Assembly: GCA_013265495.1 (NCBI GenBank)
Contig: MU057719.1
Span: forward strand, 1,052,672-1,072,671
Length of the DNA: 20,000 nt
DNA from: Vicugna vicugna
Lineage: Eukaryota
Reading direction: 5' to 3'
Shown: one piece after another, positions 1 to 9,096 of the stretch
Numbering within the stretch: position 1 is the first letter of the stretch
Layout of the letters: each line of letters starts with the position of its first letter
Translations under genes and position numbers: made by a program
Notes under the pieces: model-generated
Seen by the model: the letters and a program-made list of their open reading frames with translations, nothing else
What the model was told of the DNA's origin: nothing
Database searches by the model: none

Positions 1-9
1 CCGCAAAAC

Positions 10-80
10 CCTCTGAGGCCTGAGCCGCTGACCCCATTTCCAGCAGAGGAGACTGAGGCTCTGAGAGTTGGCGATGGAGT
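10..80 (-). mobile_element. MIR SINE fragment (core)
   Basis: ccccatttccagcagaggagactgaggctctgagagtt resembles the reverse complement of the MIR core (cccattttacagatgaggaaactgaggctcagagaggtt). Confidence 0.7.
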
Positions 81-234
81 TAATGGCACTGAGCACATCG
101 AGGCTGTCGGGTCTTCCGCTCCGGTGGGGCAGGGGCAGAGGGAGAGTCAGCTGTGCTCTGTAGGGGCCACAGGCCCAGGAGAGGGAAGCGCACAGGAAGG
201 AGCCTATGGTTGGCTGGGATGGGGCAGAGGAGAC

Positions 235-437
235 AGGCGAGTCTGCTCAGTGGGCACAAGATTCCTGGTGTCATGACGAAGATATTCTCAAACTTGACAG
301 TGGTGATGGAGCACACTCCAGAGGATGCAGTTAACGCCCCTGGAGTGTACAACTTAAGTGATGGACGATTGACTTATACTGGAGCTAACCTTAACATATA
401 AAATATAGAAAAACACAACATATAAAAGAGAAACAAA
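235..437 (+). mobile_element. Old L1 (L1M-type) 3' UTR end with A-rich tail
   Basis: tggtgatggagcacactcc...gagtgtacaacttaa matches the L1MB/MC 3' terminus (ggtgatggttgcacaac...gaattgtacactttaaa), followed by an A-rich tail at about 395-437. Confidence 0.7.
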
Positions 438-439
438 AT

Positions 440-1610
440 GTGGCCGCCACAGACATGTGCGGTGAAGGAGGGCTCTGGGGTTGTAGCTGGCACTGGCTGG
501 AGCTTAGGGGATGGCGCTGAGGGAGGAGCTGTGGCTGATGCTAGGGGCACCGCTGGCTCCAGGTGTGGAAAAGGCCCGGGAGCTGGTGTCCCAGGCGAGG
601 CCGGAAGGAGGCTGTCCCAGGTGATGGCTCTGGAGCCGGCTCTAGGACTGGCTCTCGTCTGAGACTGACTTTCATGCTGGCATTGTTGCCAGATTTGATG
701 AAAAACTAGTGACTGAAATGGCTTTACCTTGAGCTGGTCCTGGCATTTGAGCTGGGGTTGGCTCTAGTCTGCACCTTGCCCTCGTTCTAGCCGGTGGCTG
801 GTACCAGAGTGAGCACTAGTCCATGTCTGGTGGCAGATCTGGCACTTCAGGCGACTCTACTTGGCAGGTCAAGGTACCTCTAGCTCTGCAGCTGGCACCA
901 GGCGCTGCCCTGGCTCCACAGGCGGCAAACAGTCCTGTGATGGCACCGCGTCTCCTGAGCCTCATCCAGAGCTGCCTAGCTCCAGAGCTGCTGCTGGGCC
1001 GATGGTGGCTCTGGCCCTGCCCTGGAGCTGTGGCTGAAGGCGGCACCACAGTCAGTGAAGAAGCTGGCTTGGCTCCAGCACCAGGTGTGGGTCCGTAGCC
1101 GTGTCTGCAGCTGGATCTGGCTCTTCAGGTTGTAGTAGGCCCGGTGCTGCAGCCAGTTCTGGAGCTGGAGATGGTACTGAGGCAGCAAGAGAAGCAAAGA
1201 TCACCGACCAGACCGCCCTTCCATGTGCCTTCTCAAAGAAAGAAAACCTGAGCTGCTGTCCACCGTCATGCCGGCCCAGGATTGGCTGCAGAGCTGGGCT
1301 GGCTCTCGCTCTGGCAGTTGTGCCCCAAGTGATGCCAGAACTGGCGACAGAGAGGGGGATGGCTCAGCACAGGAGTCGAAGGCAGAGCTGGGACCACGTG
1401 GAGGTAGCTCCAGTCTGCGCCTGGCACGAGCCCTGGATCATAGCCTGTCTCAGAGCGGGCACTGGACCACAGCGGCTGCAGGTTCTGCGCCGCACGTGGC
1501 TCTGGCTCTGACTCTTACGCCAGAGCGAACTCTGGCTCTGCAGCTTGTGCCGGACACGCTGAGCCTTGCAGCCCCCACGCAGTGGCCGTGGGTGGGATGC
1601 CGCCCCACCT
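440..1610 (-). pseudogene. Decayed Pro/Ala/Glu-rich coding-like exon(s), gene unidentified
   Basis: Minus strand shows recurrent CCA-GCT/CCA-GAG codon periodicity. It gives peptides such as PSPAPELAAAPGLLQPEEPDPAAD, EPVLEPAPEPSPG, PASPGTPAPGPFPHLEPAVPLASATAPPS and LEPTPAQMPGPAQ in shifting frames with stops. Acceptor tctttgcttctcttgctgcctcag at 1177 and donor CAAG|gtaaag at 727. Confidence 0.5.
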
Positions 1611-1649
1611 GTTAGGCTGGGAGCTCCGAGGGCAGCAGTGGCGTCTGGG

Positions 1650-1727
1650 GCTCTCCGTAGTACTCCAGGTACCCGCACACTGCAGGGACCGGACACAGAT
1701 GCTGAACACGTGAATGAGTGAATGAAC
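1650..1727 (+). mobile_element. L2 LINE 3' end fragment
   Basis: Ends in gtgaatgagtgaatgaa, the (TGAA)n L2 terminus, preceded by a degenerate cctagcacagtgcctggcac-like motif. Confidence 0.6.
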
Positions 1728-1736
1728 ACAAGAATC

Positions 1737-1845
1737 TTTATCTCAGGTTTCTCATCTGTGAAGTAGCAACGCCCACCTCTGAGGCCCGCTGGGAGGATTA
1801 CATTGGTTCCATAAAATTGAACTGCTTACTGTGGACCAGGCACTG
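1737..1845 (+). mobile_element. MIR SINE (core and 3' part)
   Basis: ctcaggtttctcatctgtgaa...cccacctc...gaggatta...tgctta...ccaggcac follows the MIR consensus (ctcagtttcctcatctgtaaaa...cctacctc...gaggattaaatg...gcgcttag...cctggcac). Confidence 0.75.
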
Positions 1846-2074
1846 TTCTGCAGGCTGAGAACACAGAACTGAAGAAGCACGTTGCTGACTGGAGCAGGAC
1901 TTGGATGAGGAATTGGGGTCACAGGCACGTGTCCCAGCTCAGTGAGAACAGGTGCTGGGAGCGAAAGGTCCCCAGGCATCCCTGTCCAGTGGCTCCGGAC
2001 CAGCCCAGGTGGGGCCTGTGGTGAGGGAGGTGTGAGATCCTTGGTCTGAACACCCAGGCTGCCCCCATCCCCAC

Positions 2075-2132
2075 ATACCTGTTCCCTTCACTGTCCCCAG
2101 TTTTGCCGTCCATGAAATAGAGCTGTGAGGAT
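2075..2132 (+). mobile_element. MIR fragment
   Basis: cactgtccccagttttgccgtccatgaaatagag resembles the MIR core ctctgtgcctcagtttcctcatctgtaaaatggg. Confidence 0.45.
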
Positions 2133-2529
2133 ATCCATTCCCAGGTTCCTCCATGAAGTTGGTCTCGATCTTTTGAGACATTCAAAAAAGAACTACCCAT
2201 GTTCTGTCTTCCCACCGGTAAACCCGGAGGGCAGGGCTTGAGTTCACCGGGGCACCAGCCAGTGCTCCCAGGGGATTGGCTGGAGTCCTCCTTCTGGTCA
2301 GTGGATGAGTTGGGCCGGAAGTCCTGGACTCTGACCCCAGTGGCCATAAAAGTCAGGGTTTTGAGGACACACAGGTCAAGCCACTTCTGGGATTACTTGG
2401 AAATGGCAGCCTGAAGTCAGAGGGACCGTCCAGTGAGGGTCAGTCCTGCCAGCCGTCAGGACCGGGGGGAGATCTTTCCAGATGGCCACATAAAGGTCTT
2501 CCTCCATTCTTTCTTCTTCTTTCCTTCCC

Positions 2530-3180
2530 CAGCTACCTTGTATTTTATCGTGTGCATGGTCACCATCTATTCACTCCCCTGCTGGAGGAAACTGGAGTAT
2601 TTCCAGTCTTCTGAAGAAAGTGCAGTGAATAACATGTGCACATGTCCGGTGTAGACGAGTTTCTACGGGATGGGCCCCTGACGGGGCTGCTGAGCCAGAG
2701 GGTGGTGGCTGCACTGTAATTTTGATGGACACACTCCAAGTGCCTCCACTGGAAAAGACTTGTATTCCCATCAAAAATGAATAAACACTCCCGTTTCTAC
2801 ACAGTCCCAGGGTGTGTTGTCAAACTGTAGGGGGTTTAGGTTAAATCATAACTCAGACTGAACATGTTATATTTAAAACTATTCTGATTTTTTGTCAAGT
2901 GTCTGATAATGACTTTGGTGCATTGTTCTCTGTGTGGCTACTTACCTTCTCAATTTCTCAGCACTCTTTACATAAGAGGATGAGAGCTGCTTTGACCCGT
3001 GGTGGAAATATTTGTTCCAGTTGATTACTCCTTCTTTTTCAATCCATGTGCTTTCCCCTCGTGTGCTGCCAGGATGGACTGGTTCTGAGACTGACTCTGA
3101 CCCTGGCGTTGTTAAGACCCTGCTCCGGTTTATCTACTGATTTAACACACACTCTATAAAACACCTTAGCTGGTATCTCA
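2530..3180 (-). mobile_element. Old L1 (L1MC/ME-like) antisense fragment
   Basis: gagtatttccagtc...tgcagtgaataac...gctgagccagaggg...ttcccatcaaaaatg matches antisense L1M 3' region motifs (gttgtttccagttt, gctgctatgaacat, gctgggtcataggg, ctcccaccagca). Confidence 0.7.
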
Positions 3181-4390
3181 TTGTGGAAACTGATGAGCTA
3201 ATTCGGAAAAGTCTGTAAGAATACAGAGGCCAAGAACACTCAGGACAGCCTGGAAGAGGACACGGCGGGGAACGTCACTGCCGGACGCTCAGACTGCCTG
3301 CAGAGCTACAGTAACCGGGCAGCGAGCAGTGGCCAAGGACAGACGCGCAGCAGCAGACGCAGGCGGAGCCCAGCCGGACTCCCGAAGGTGGGCGTCCAGG
3401 GCTTTTACAAGCTTGATGAAGGACTCAGACGTAGAGCCCGCACCCCGTATCCTTCCATCTAAATCCAGTCCACGCAGACTCACACAGGGAGGCGTCTTAT
3501 TTGTAACTAAGAGGCGCTGCAGAGCAGCGGGGAGGCTGCTTCTCAGCAAAAGGCCCGGGCCCCCTGGTAGCCATCGGGGAGAAGGTGTTCATTCTGACTC
3601 TTACCTCGCACCAGAAACGTGAATCAACTCCAGCTGGGTATTAGGTCTGAATGCGAAAGTTAAAAACAATAAAACTTCTAGTAGACACCATAGGAGTATA
3701 TTTTCATGAGCTTGGAAGACGCAAAGATTTCTTAGAACACATACACTAACAATGCAGAAAAATTGATAAAGTGGGTCTTTTAAAATTAACTCTCCATCAA
3801 GTGACATTACTATGAGTATACGAAAGGCAGGCACGGAGAGAGGATAAACACTTGCTGTATATTTATCTGAAAAAAGACTCTTAAGATGTGTAGCTAACTC
3901 CCTTTCATTATTAAGAGAAAGATGCGTAATCTATCAGAAAGCCGTCAAAGATTCGCACAAGCATTTCACAACGAAGGCAACCACGCGGGAGCGGACACGA
4001 GTAGGCTCCCCGCACCGTTACTTGGGAGGAAAACGCAGGTTAAAGCCACAGGGAGGCACCACCCCGCGCGCGCCGCAGTGGTGAAAACACAGCCCGTGAC
4101 GCAGCGCGTGTCGGTGAGGACGCGGGGCCCTGGGATGCCCGACCGCGGCTGGGAGGGCAAACCTAAAGCCGCTTAGAGCAACGCCTGCGTAGCACCTCCT
4201 AACGGTGGACACACACCTGCTGTACGACCCAGCAGTTCCGCTCCCAGGTAAACACCAGACACACGCACACGTCTGTTCACCAAAAGCCTCCTTCCAGAAT
4301 GTTCAGAGCAACGTAAGTTGATGTATCTCCAAATCAGAAACAACCCACAGACGTACCAGCAGGGGAATGGATAATCAAAATCGGTTATGA
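3181..4390 (+). mobile_element. Old L1 fragment, 3' part of ORF2 into 3' UTR, GC-shifted
   Basis: Collinear L1 landmarks: gaaactgatgagctaatt, agagctacagtaa, ttaggtctgaatgcgaaag, aaaacttctagtagac, gcaaagatttcttag, aaaattgataaa, tacgacccagcagttccgctcccaggta, gaatgttcagagca, gaatggataa. Confidence 0.85.
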
Positions 4391-4391
4391 T

Positions 4392-4412
4392 AGTTCAGTT
4401 CAGTTCAGTTTA
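4392..4412 (+). repeat. (CAGTT)n pentanucleotide microsatellite
   Basis: agttcagttcagttcagttta. Confidence 0.8.
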
Positions 4413-4429
4413 GTGAAGTAAAAAGGTCC

Positions 4430-4553
4430 TTTTGGATGGACCTCGAGGACACTGTAGTCAAGCCAGTCCTTGCGGGGCAGGTTCTGGAGGACTCCACTCG
4501 GACGAGGGGCTGAGGGCAGCCGGAGTCACAGAGACCAGGAGGGCGGCGGGGGC
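4430..4553 (+). mobile_element. L1MB-like 3' UTR, left half (interrupted by LTR)
   Basis: ggatggacctcgaggacactg...aagccagtc...actccact...tcacagagac follows the L1 3' UTR (ggatgaaccttgaggacatt...aagccagtc...attccact...tcatagagac). Confidence 0.75.
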
Positions 4554-4935
4554 TGTGAAAGGAGGCAGCGCGGGGTCGGCATCGCAGAGGGAGCTCTCCG
4601 AGGGGGGACCGGGGACTCAGGCACACCCCAGCCTGGGTGGAATCTAGCCTTTTGACCTGATGAAGCCTCGGGAACATCGGCCAGAAACTGTGGCAGCCTA
4701 GCAACTTCTCCGACCCTCACCCTGAAACAGCTGTGATTCCTTAAGGACGGGAATTTCCTGCCTCCCGTTAAGGGCCGATCACAGTTCTACCCGGGCAACC
4801 TTCAACCTCCTCGTGGCTTTTTGTCTTTGTAAAGACGCTCTTTCAGGGTTACCCGAATCTGTCTCCCAAACTACAATTCTTAAGACCTCAGACAAGCTCC
4901 TTGCTTACTTGCAGCCCCCTGCACATGGGTTGATA
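4554..4935 (+). mobile_element. Solo LTR (ERV1-like), about 382 bp
   Basis: Starts TGTGAAAGG and ends GTTGATA (degenerate ...TGACA). Splits a collinear L1 3' UTR. Flanked by an imperfect 4-bp TSD gggc/gtgc. The 3' part (cccaaactacaattcttaagac...ctccttgcttacttgcagcc) resembles an LTR R/U5 region. Confidence 0.65.
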
Positions 4936-5115
4936 GTGCCAGGGTCTGGGGCGGGAGCTAGTGTTCAGTGGGTGGAGTTTTGGTTTGGGAGGAGGAAGAA
5001 GTCCTGGAGACGCATGGAGGTGATAGCTGCAGAACCGTGAGTGTACTGACTGCACCGAACTCCACTCTTAAACGTGGATAAAGTGGCGAATGTCACCTAC
5101 ACCCTAGTGCAACAA
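4936..5115 (+). mobile_element. L1MB-like 3' UTR, right half
   Basis: tgccagggtctgggg...tagtgttcagtggg...gtcctggagacgcatggaggtgatagctgcagaac...ccgaactccactcttaaa continues the L1 3' end consensus. Confidence 0.8.
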
Positions 5116-5174
5116 AAAGCAGTGAATAGGAGGAAGGGGCCACCGCTGCGTCCCAGGAGGGTGCAGGAGCAGGA

Positions 5175-5258
5175 GCCTGTGTGTTTTTCACCTCCATCTG
5201 CACTGCTCTAGTTGGGCACCTGAGCACACAGTAGGCACTCAATAAACACCTGCTAAGA
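5175..5258 (+). mobile_element. L2 3' end fragment
   Basis: gcacacagtaggcactcaataaacacctgct is the L2 terminal motif. Confidence 0.7.
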
Positions 5259-5944
5259 TGTAGCGCTGGGAGCCGGTTCCAGAGGGAGGGCACCAGTGCA
5301 GCTCCGTCAGTGAGCTCCGAGGAATCCCAAGGGCGCACACCCAGACGGAGCGGGGGCCGCGCACTTCACAAAAACCACCAGGGAAGCCCGTGAAAAGGCA
5401 ACACGGGAACCAGAAATGGCGCAGAGGGCACGCCTTCCTGGTTCCTAGAGGCTGCGCTGAGTGGTCATGGCGGAGCCGCTGGCCGTCAGGGGACTGAAAG
5501 GTCTGAAAGGGGCTCAGGGCGCCCGTCACCCTGAAGCCTCATGGCCGCGGGTGGGTGAGGGGACTGGCGGGGAGACTGGCCCAGGGCCTGCTGCGGCTCC
5601 AGGGCTGGGGTGGGGCCCCTCGCCGGGTCCCTCCCCATCCCACCAGGCTGTGTTCCCCTGAATCAGGGAGAAAATGTCTGTCCTGAATTGGCGATCTTTT
5701 GTAAAAACGACTGCTCGGCCCCGACACAGAAACATTCGACATGGAGTCCGAGCCTCTTACAGTTGCAGAAGACCCAGAAATTGCGAAAAATCAGCGACCA
5801 CAGAAGAGAAAGTGATGCTATCGCGTGACTTCCCTCCGTCTTCTCGCGAGAGGGGAAAGCAGGCCAGAAAACGCAGCCTTTCAGGGCGGGGAGGGGGGCC
5901 GCCGAAGGGCACAGCAATCACTTTGAGTAGAACACACAGACCTT

Positions 5945-6193
5945 GGCAAGATGCCGGGAGGAGCCGTATCCACAGACACAGAGAGCAGGATGGGGGCCGG
6001 GGCTGTGGGCGGGGTGGGACTTAGTGTTTCCCGGGGGCAGCGTTTCGTTTGGGAGGGGGAAACAGCTCTGCGGGTGGGCGGCGGCGGCTGCGCAACAGTG
6101 TGGATGTGCTTAATGCCGCAGGACTGCGCACTGAAAAGAGGTTAAGGTGGTAAAACTGAGGTCATGTGTATCGTAGCACCATTTAAAAGAAGA
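5945..6193 (+). mobile_element. L1MB-like 3' end, GC/CpG-shifted
   Basis: atccacagacacagagagcagg...ggcggctgcgcaacagtgtggatgtgcttaatgccgcaggactgcgcactgaaaa...ggttaaggtggtaaa...atgtgtat...ccatttaaaaa matches the L1MB terminus (ggttgcacaacattgtgaatgtacttaatgccactgaactgtacacttaaaa). Confidence 0.85.
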
Positions 6194-7189
6194 AGTAGGA
6201 GGGCCACCTTGTCCTGGATTGCCTGAGACTCTCCCAGTTTCGGGACCCATAAAGGCCCACGGGTCAGACCCCCAACCTCCAGCCCCGGCCGGCTGCCCCG
6301 CACCAAAGCCAAAGGCCACGCAGCTGGTCAGAACTGCAGTGCCAGCCACACCTGGGCTTCCCGGGGCTGCAGGAATGGGGCAGAGTCGGACCCCGGACTG
6401 GGAGAAGGGAGCCATGTGCTCATCTGAGCCTCAGGAGGGAAAAGCTCTGTCCCCAGTGTCCCGCCTCTCCCTGGGCACACACATACTCGGGCCAGGGGCA
6501 GGTTTCTGATGGTAGGAGGCACCCAATGAAGACACTGTTGCTCTGCAGACTGGGAGCCCAGAAGGGGGTTTTAGCAGGGCAGGTTTGGGGGCCCCGGCTG
6601 GGGTCCTGGTGGAAGGGGATGGCAGCAGCCAGCGTGTGGAGATGGAGGGCACCGGTCACTGTGGGCAGCGAGTCTGGCACTGCCGGTGTCCCTGCAGGTC
6701 CCCTGATGCTGTGACGGCTGACTCTGCATTTGGGCATTGCCCTCTGCTGAGCCTCAGACCCCACGTCGAACAGACACTGCAGAGCTGAGACTCAGCCGGT
6801 GGTGGTTTCAAAACATGTCTGCATTCTGAGCCCCCTTCCCATCAAGGAGGGAGCTGAACCCCAGCCCCCTTGCACACAGCCTGGCTTTGGTCCCTGACTC
6901 TGACAAACAAAATGCCAAAGAGGGGATGCTGTGGGACTTTGCAAGACAGGTCATGAAAGGGGATGCAGCTCTGTCTGTCTTGGGGACACTGATCTTGGAA
7001 GAAATCTCATCCAAGCTAAGAAGCCCAGGCTGCTGGGGAGGCCAGTAGGTGTCTCAGCCGGGAGCAGCAGCAACCAGCAGATGTGAGGAGGCCTTAGAGG
7101 TGACGGGGGTCCAGCCCCCATCATCCTTCCCCCAGCCACGAGGGTGTGAGAGACAGAGACAGAGAGACAGTGCTGAAGGAGAAATGACC

Positions 7190-7405
7190 ACAGGAGGAAG
7201 TGGCCAGATGGGAAGAGCAGGAAAAGAGTGGTCTCAGAGGAGGGCACAGCACAGGCAAAGGCCAGAGTCAGGTGGAGCACAGAGGGGAGGTGCTGTGGGA
7301 GGGGCCAGGCTGGAGAAGCAGCAGATCGGAGTGTTCTGGAAAGATGGTTCTGGCTGATGGAGCAGACAGGGAGAGGACCAGGGAGGCTGCGGGAAAGATG
7401 AGGGA
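7190..7405 (-). mobile_element. L2 internal fragment
   Basis: cagaggagggcacagcacaggcaaaggcc and gaaagatggttctggctg...gaccagggaggctg resemble antisense L2 (caggcagagggaacagcaagtgcaaaggcc; aaagatcactctggctg; gaccagttaggaggct). Confidence 0.6.
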
Positions 7406-7769
7406 GCCTCACCCAGAGCAGCGGAGAGAAAGCAGGACAGGTGAACTGGAGACACACTCACAGGTGGGACTGCAGGGCTGGTGCCCAGCAGGTGTGGCTG
7501 AGGGTGAAGGAAGAGGCAAGCGCGGTTCCCAGGTTTCTCCCTTTGGCACCTTCCTCAGCGCTCCAGCGGGGTTCCCACCGCACACTCAGCCCGCGAATCC
7601 CGCACCCCGCTTTCCCGACGCACCTGCGCTTGTCCAGCCTGGAGCTGTTCCAGGTGAAGCAGGGGCCCGGGTGACCGTGCCAAGGCGGGCAGGGCAGGGC
7701 TGGCGCTGAGAGGCCCGGGGACGAGAGAGCCTGCCCAGGACTCACTTTCGGGCCCCAGGCGGTCTGCAC

Positions 7770-7790
7770 GGGGAATCCCAGTTCCGGGAA
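7770..7790 (+). promoter_or_regulatory. Composite NF-kB site plus STAT GAS element
   Basis: GGGGAATCCC (7770-7779) matches GGGRNWYYCC. TTCCGGGAA (7782-7790) is a canonical STAT1/3 GAS. The spacer is 2 bp. Confidence 0.5.
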
Positions 7791-7849
7791 AGACCGCTTT
7801 GTGTAAACGGGGGTGAGGGACACTCCGAGAGTCTCGAGCCACCCGACCC

Positions 7850-7884
7850 GACCAGGACCAGGACCAGGACCAGGACCAGGACCA
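7850..7884 (+). repeat. (GGACCA)n hexamer microsatellite, about 6 copies
   Basis: gacca ggacca ggacca ggacca ggacca ggacca. Confidence 0.95.
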
Positions 7885-8744
7885 AGGAGGGTCTCAGAAG
7901 GCCCCAGAGCTGCCGTCGTGGCCGCTCCGCAGGCGGCTCTGGACGCCCACCCCTCGCAGCCCTCGGGCGCAGAGTCGCGCTTCCCCGCCGGGGCCCTTCC
8001 CACCCGGGGCCTCGCGTCCCTCGGCGGCCGCCCGCGGCCTCCGAGGTGCCCACATGCGGCCCGGACTCCCCGACGCCCATCCCCGTGAGGGGACAGTGGG
8101 CGGCGCAGGGGGCCGATGTGGGAGGACAGAGGGAGAAAAAGAAAACTCAGGGTCCCAGGGACCCCAGCCTCGTGGGGGGACGGGGTCTCAAGGGGCCCCA
8201 ATGAGGCCATGCCCCCTCCCGGCCACGCCCTCCGGCCCCTCACCATTCCTCTACGCCCCGCCCCCACCCACTAACCAGGGACCGAGTCACCTGTCCCTGC
8301 GCCCCCAAGACGGGTCCCAGACTCCCGGACTGACCGACACCGCGGCTCCTGGAGTCCTGGTCTCCGCCCTCCCTCCACCAGGCCGAACCCCGAGCCCCAG
8401 GACCTTTGTCGCCCCCGCCCCTCCTGGCGGAGCGCGGCCCCTCCGCAGCCCCCAAGTCCGTCTAGAGGTGAGTCCCTAGTTCCATCCCGATCTTGAGGCG
8501 CCTTCGTGGGCCAAAAGGTCCGGCCGAGCGGCTGTTCCGTGTGGCCCTGGCTGCGCCTGCCCAGCTGGGCCTCCGCCCAAGGAAGCCAGGAGATGGTGGT
8601 GGGGTCTGGACCAAGGATTCTGTGTGCCACCGGGAGAGGGGAGGGAGGGGGATGGAAGCGGCATCCTGACGGTGGCTGTGATCGCCACCCCGGAAGTGTG
8701 TGCCAGGTGCGCTCCGGAGGCCTTTTACTCTCTTCCAGGCACAT

Positions 8745-8830
8745 CAAGGAGGTGCTGCAATGCGCCTTCTTTACAGGGGAGGGAACTGAGGCGCAGGGAG
8801 GGCAGGCAGTCTGGACGGTGGAGTCAGGGC
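8745..8830 (-). mobile_element. MIR fragment
   Basis: ccttctttacaggggagggaactgaggcgcagggaggg matches cccattttacagatgaggaaactgaggctcagagagg. Confidence 0.65.
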
Positions 8831-8902
8831 ACCCCCTTGCCGGGCTTAATCCTTGAATTTGCGAGACCGAATGAAGGAAATCTCCTGTAAAAGGGAGCCT
8901 GG

Positions 8903-8921
8903 GGGCCAGAAGGGGGCGCTC
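8903..8921 (+). promoter_or_regulatory. CTCF core motif
   Basis: GGGCCAGAAGGGGGCGCTC versus consensus TGGCCACCAGGGGGCGCTA, with the CCA and AGGGGGCGC core intact. Confidence 0.6.
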
Positions 8922-9096
8922 TCAGCACTTTCACTCCTTGCCCTCCGCAGACCCCAAGCAGAAAGAGACCTACCTTGCATCTCGGAGGGGAAGAGGGTTA
9001 CTGCTCTGCTGCAGAAGGAAGGAAGGCCCAAGGCCACACCAGGGAGTGTGGGGTTGATCTAGAATCCTGCCCGCTGGAGGTGGGGCAGCACTGGGA

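Larger units (their letters stand above)
7540..8720. promoter_or_regulatory. CpG island
   Basis: Very high GC with dense CpG (e.g. cctcgcgtccctcggcggccgcccgcggcc) and GC boxes ccccgccc near 8256 and 8412. Confidence 0.75.

Noticed and set aside
4392..4412. (CAGTT)n as a ruminant Bov-A/BovB tail
   Set aside because: It is not followed by the diagnostic cagtcgctcagtcgtgtccgactc body, so it is only a short microsatellite.
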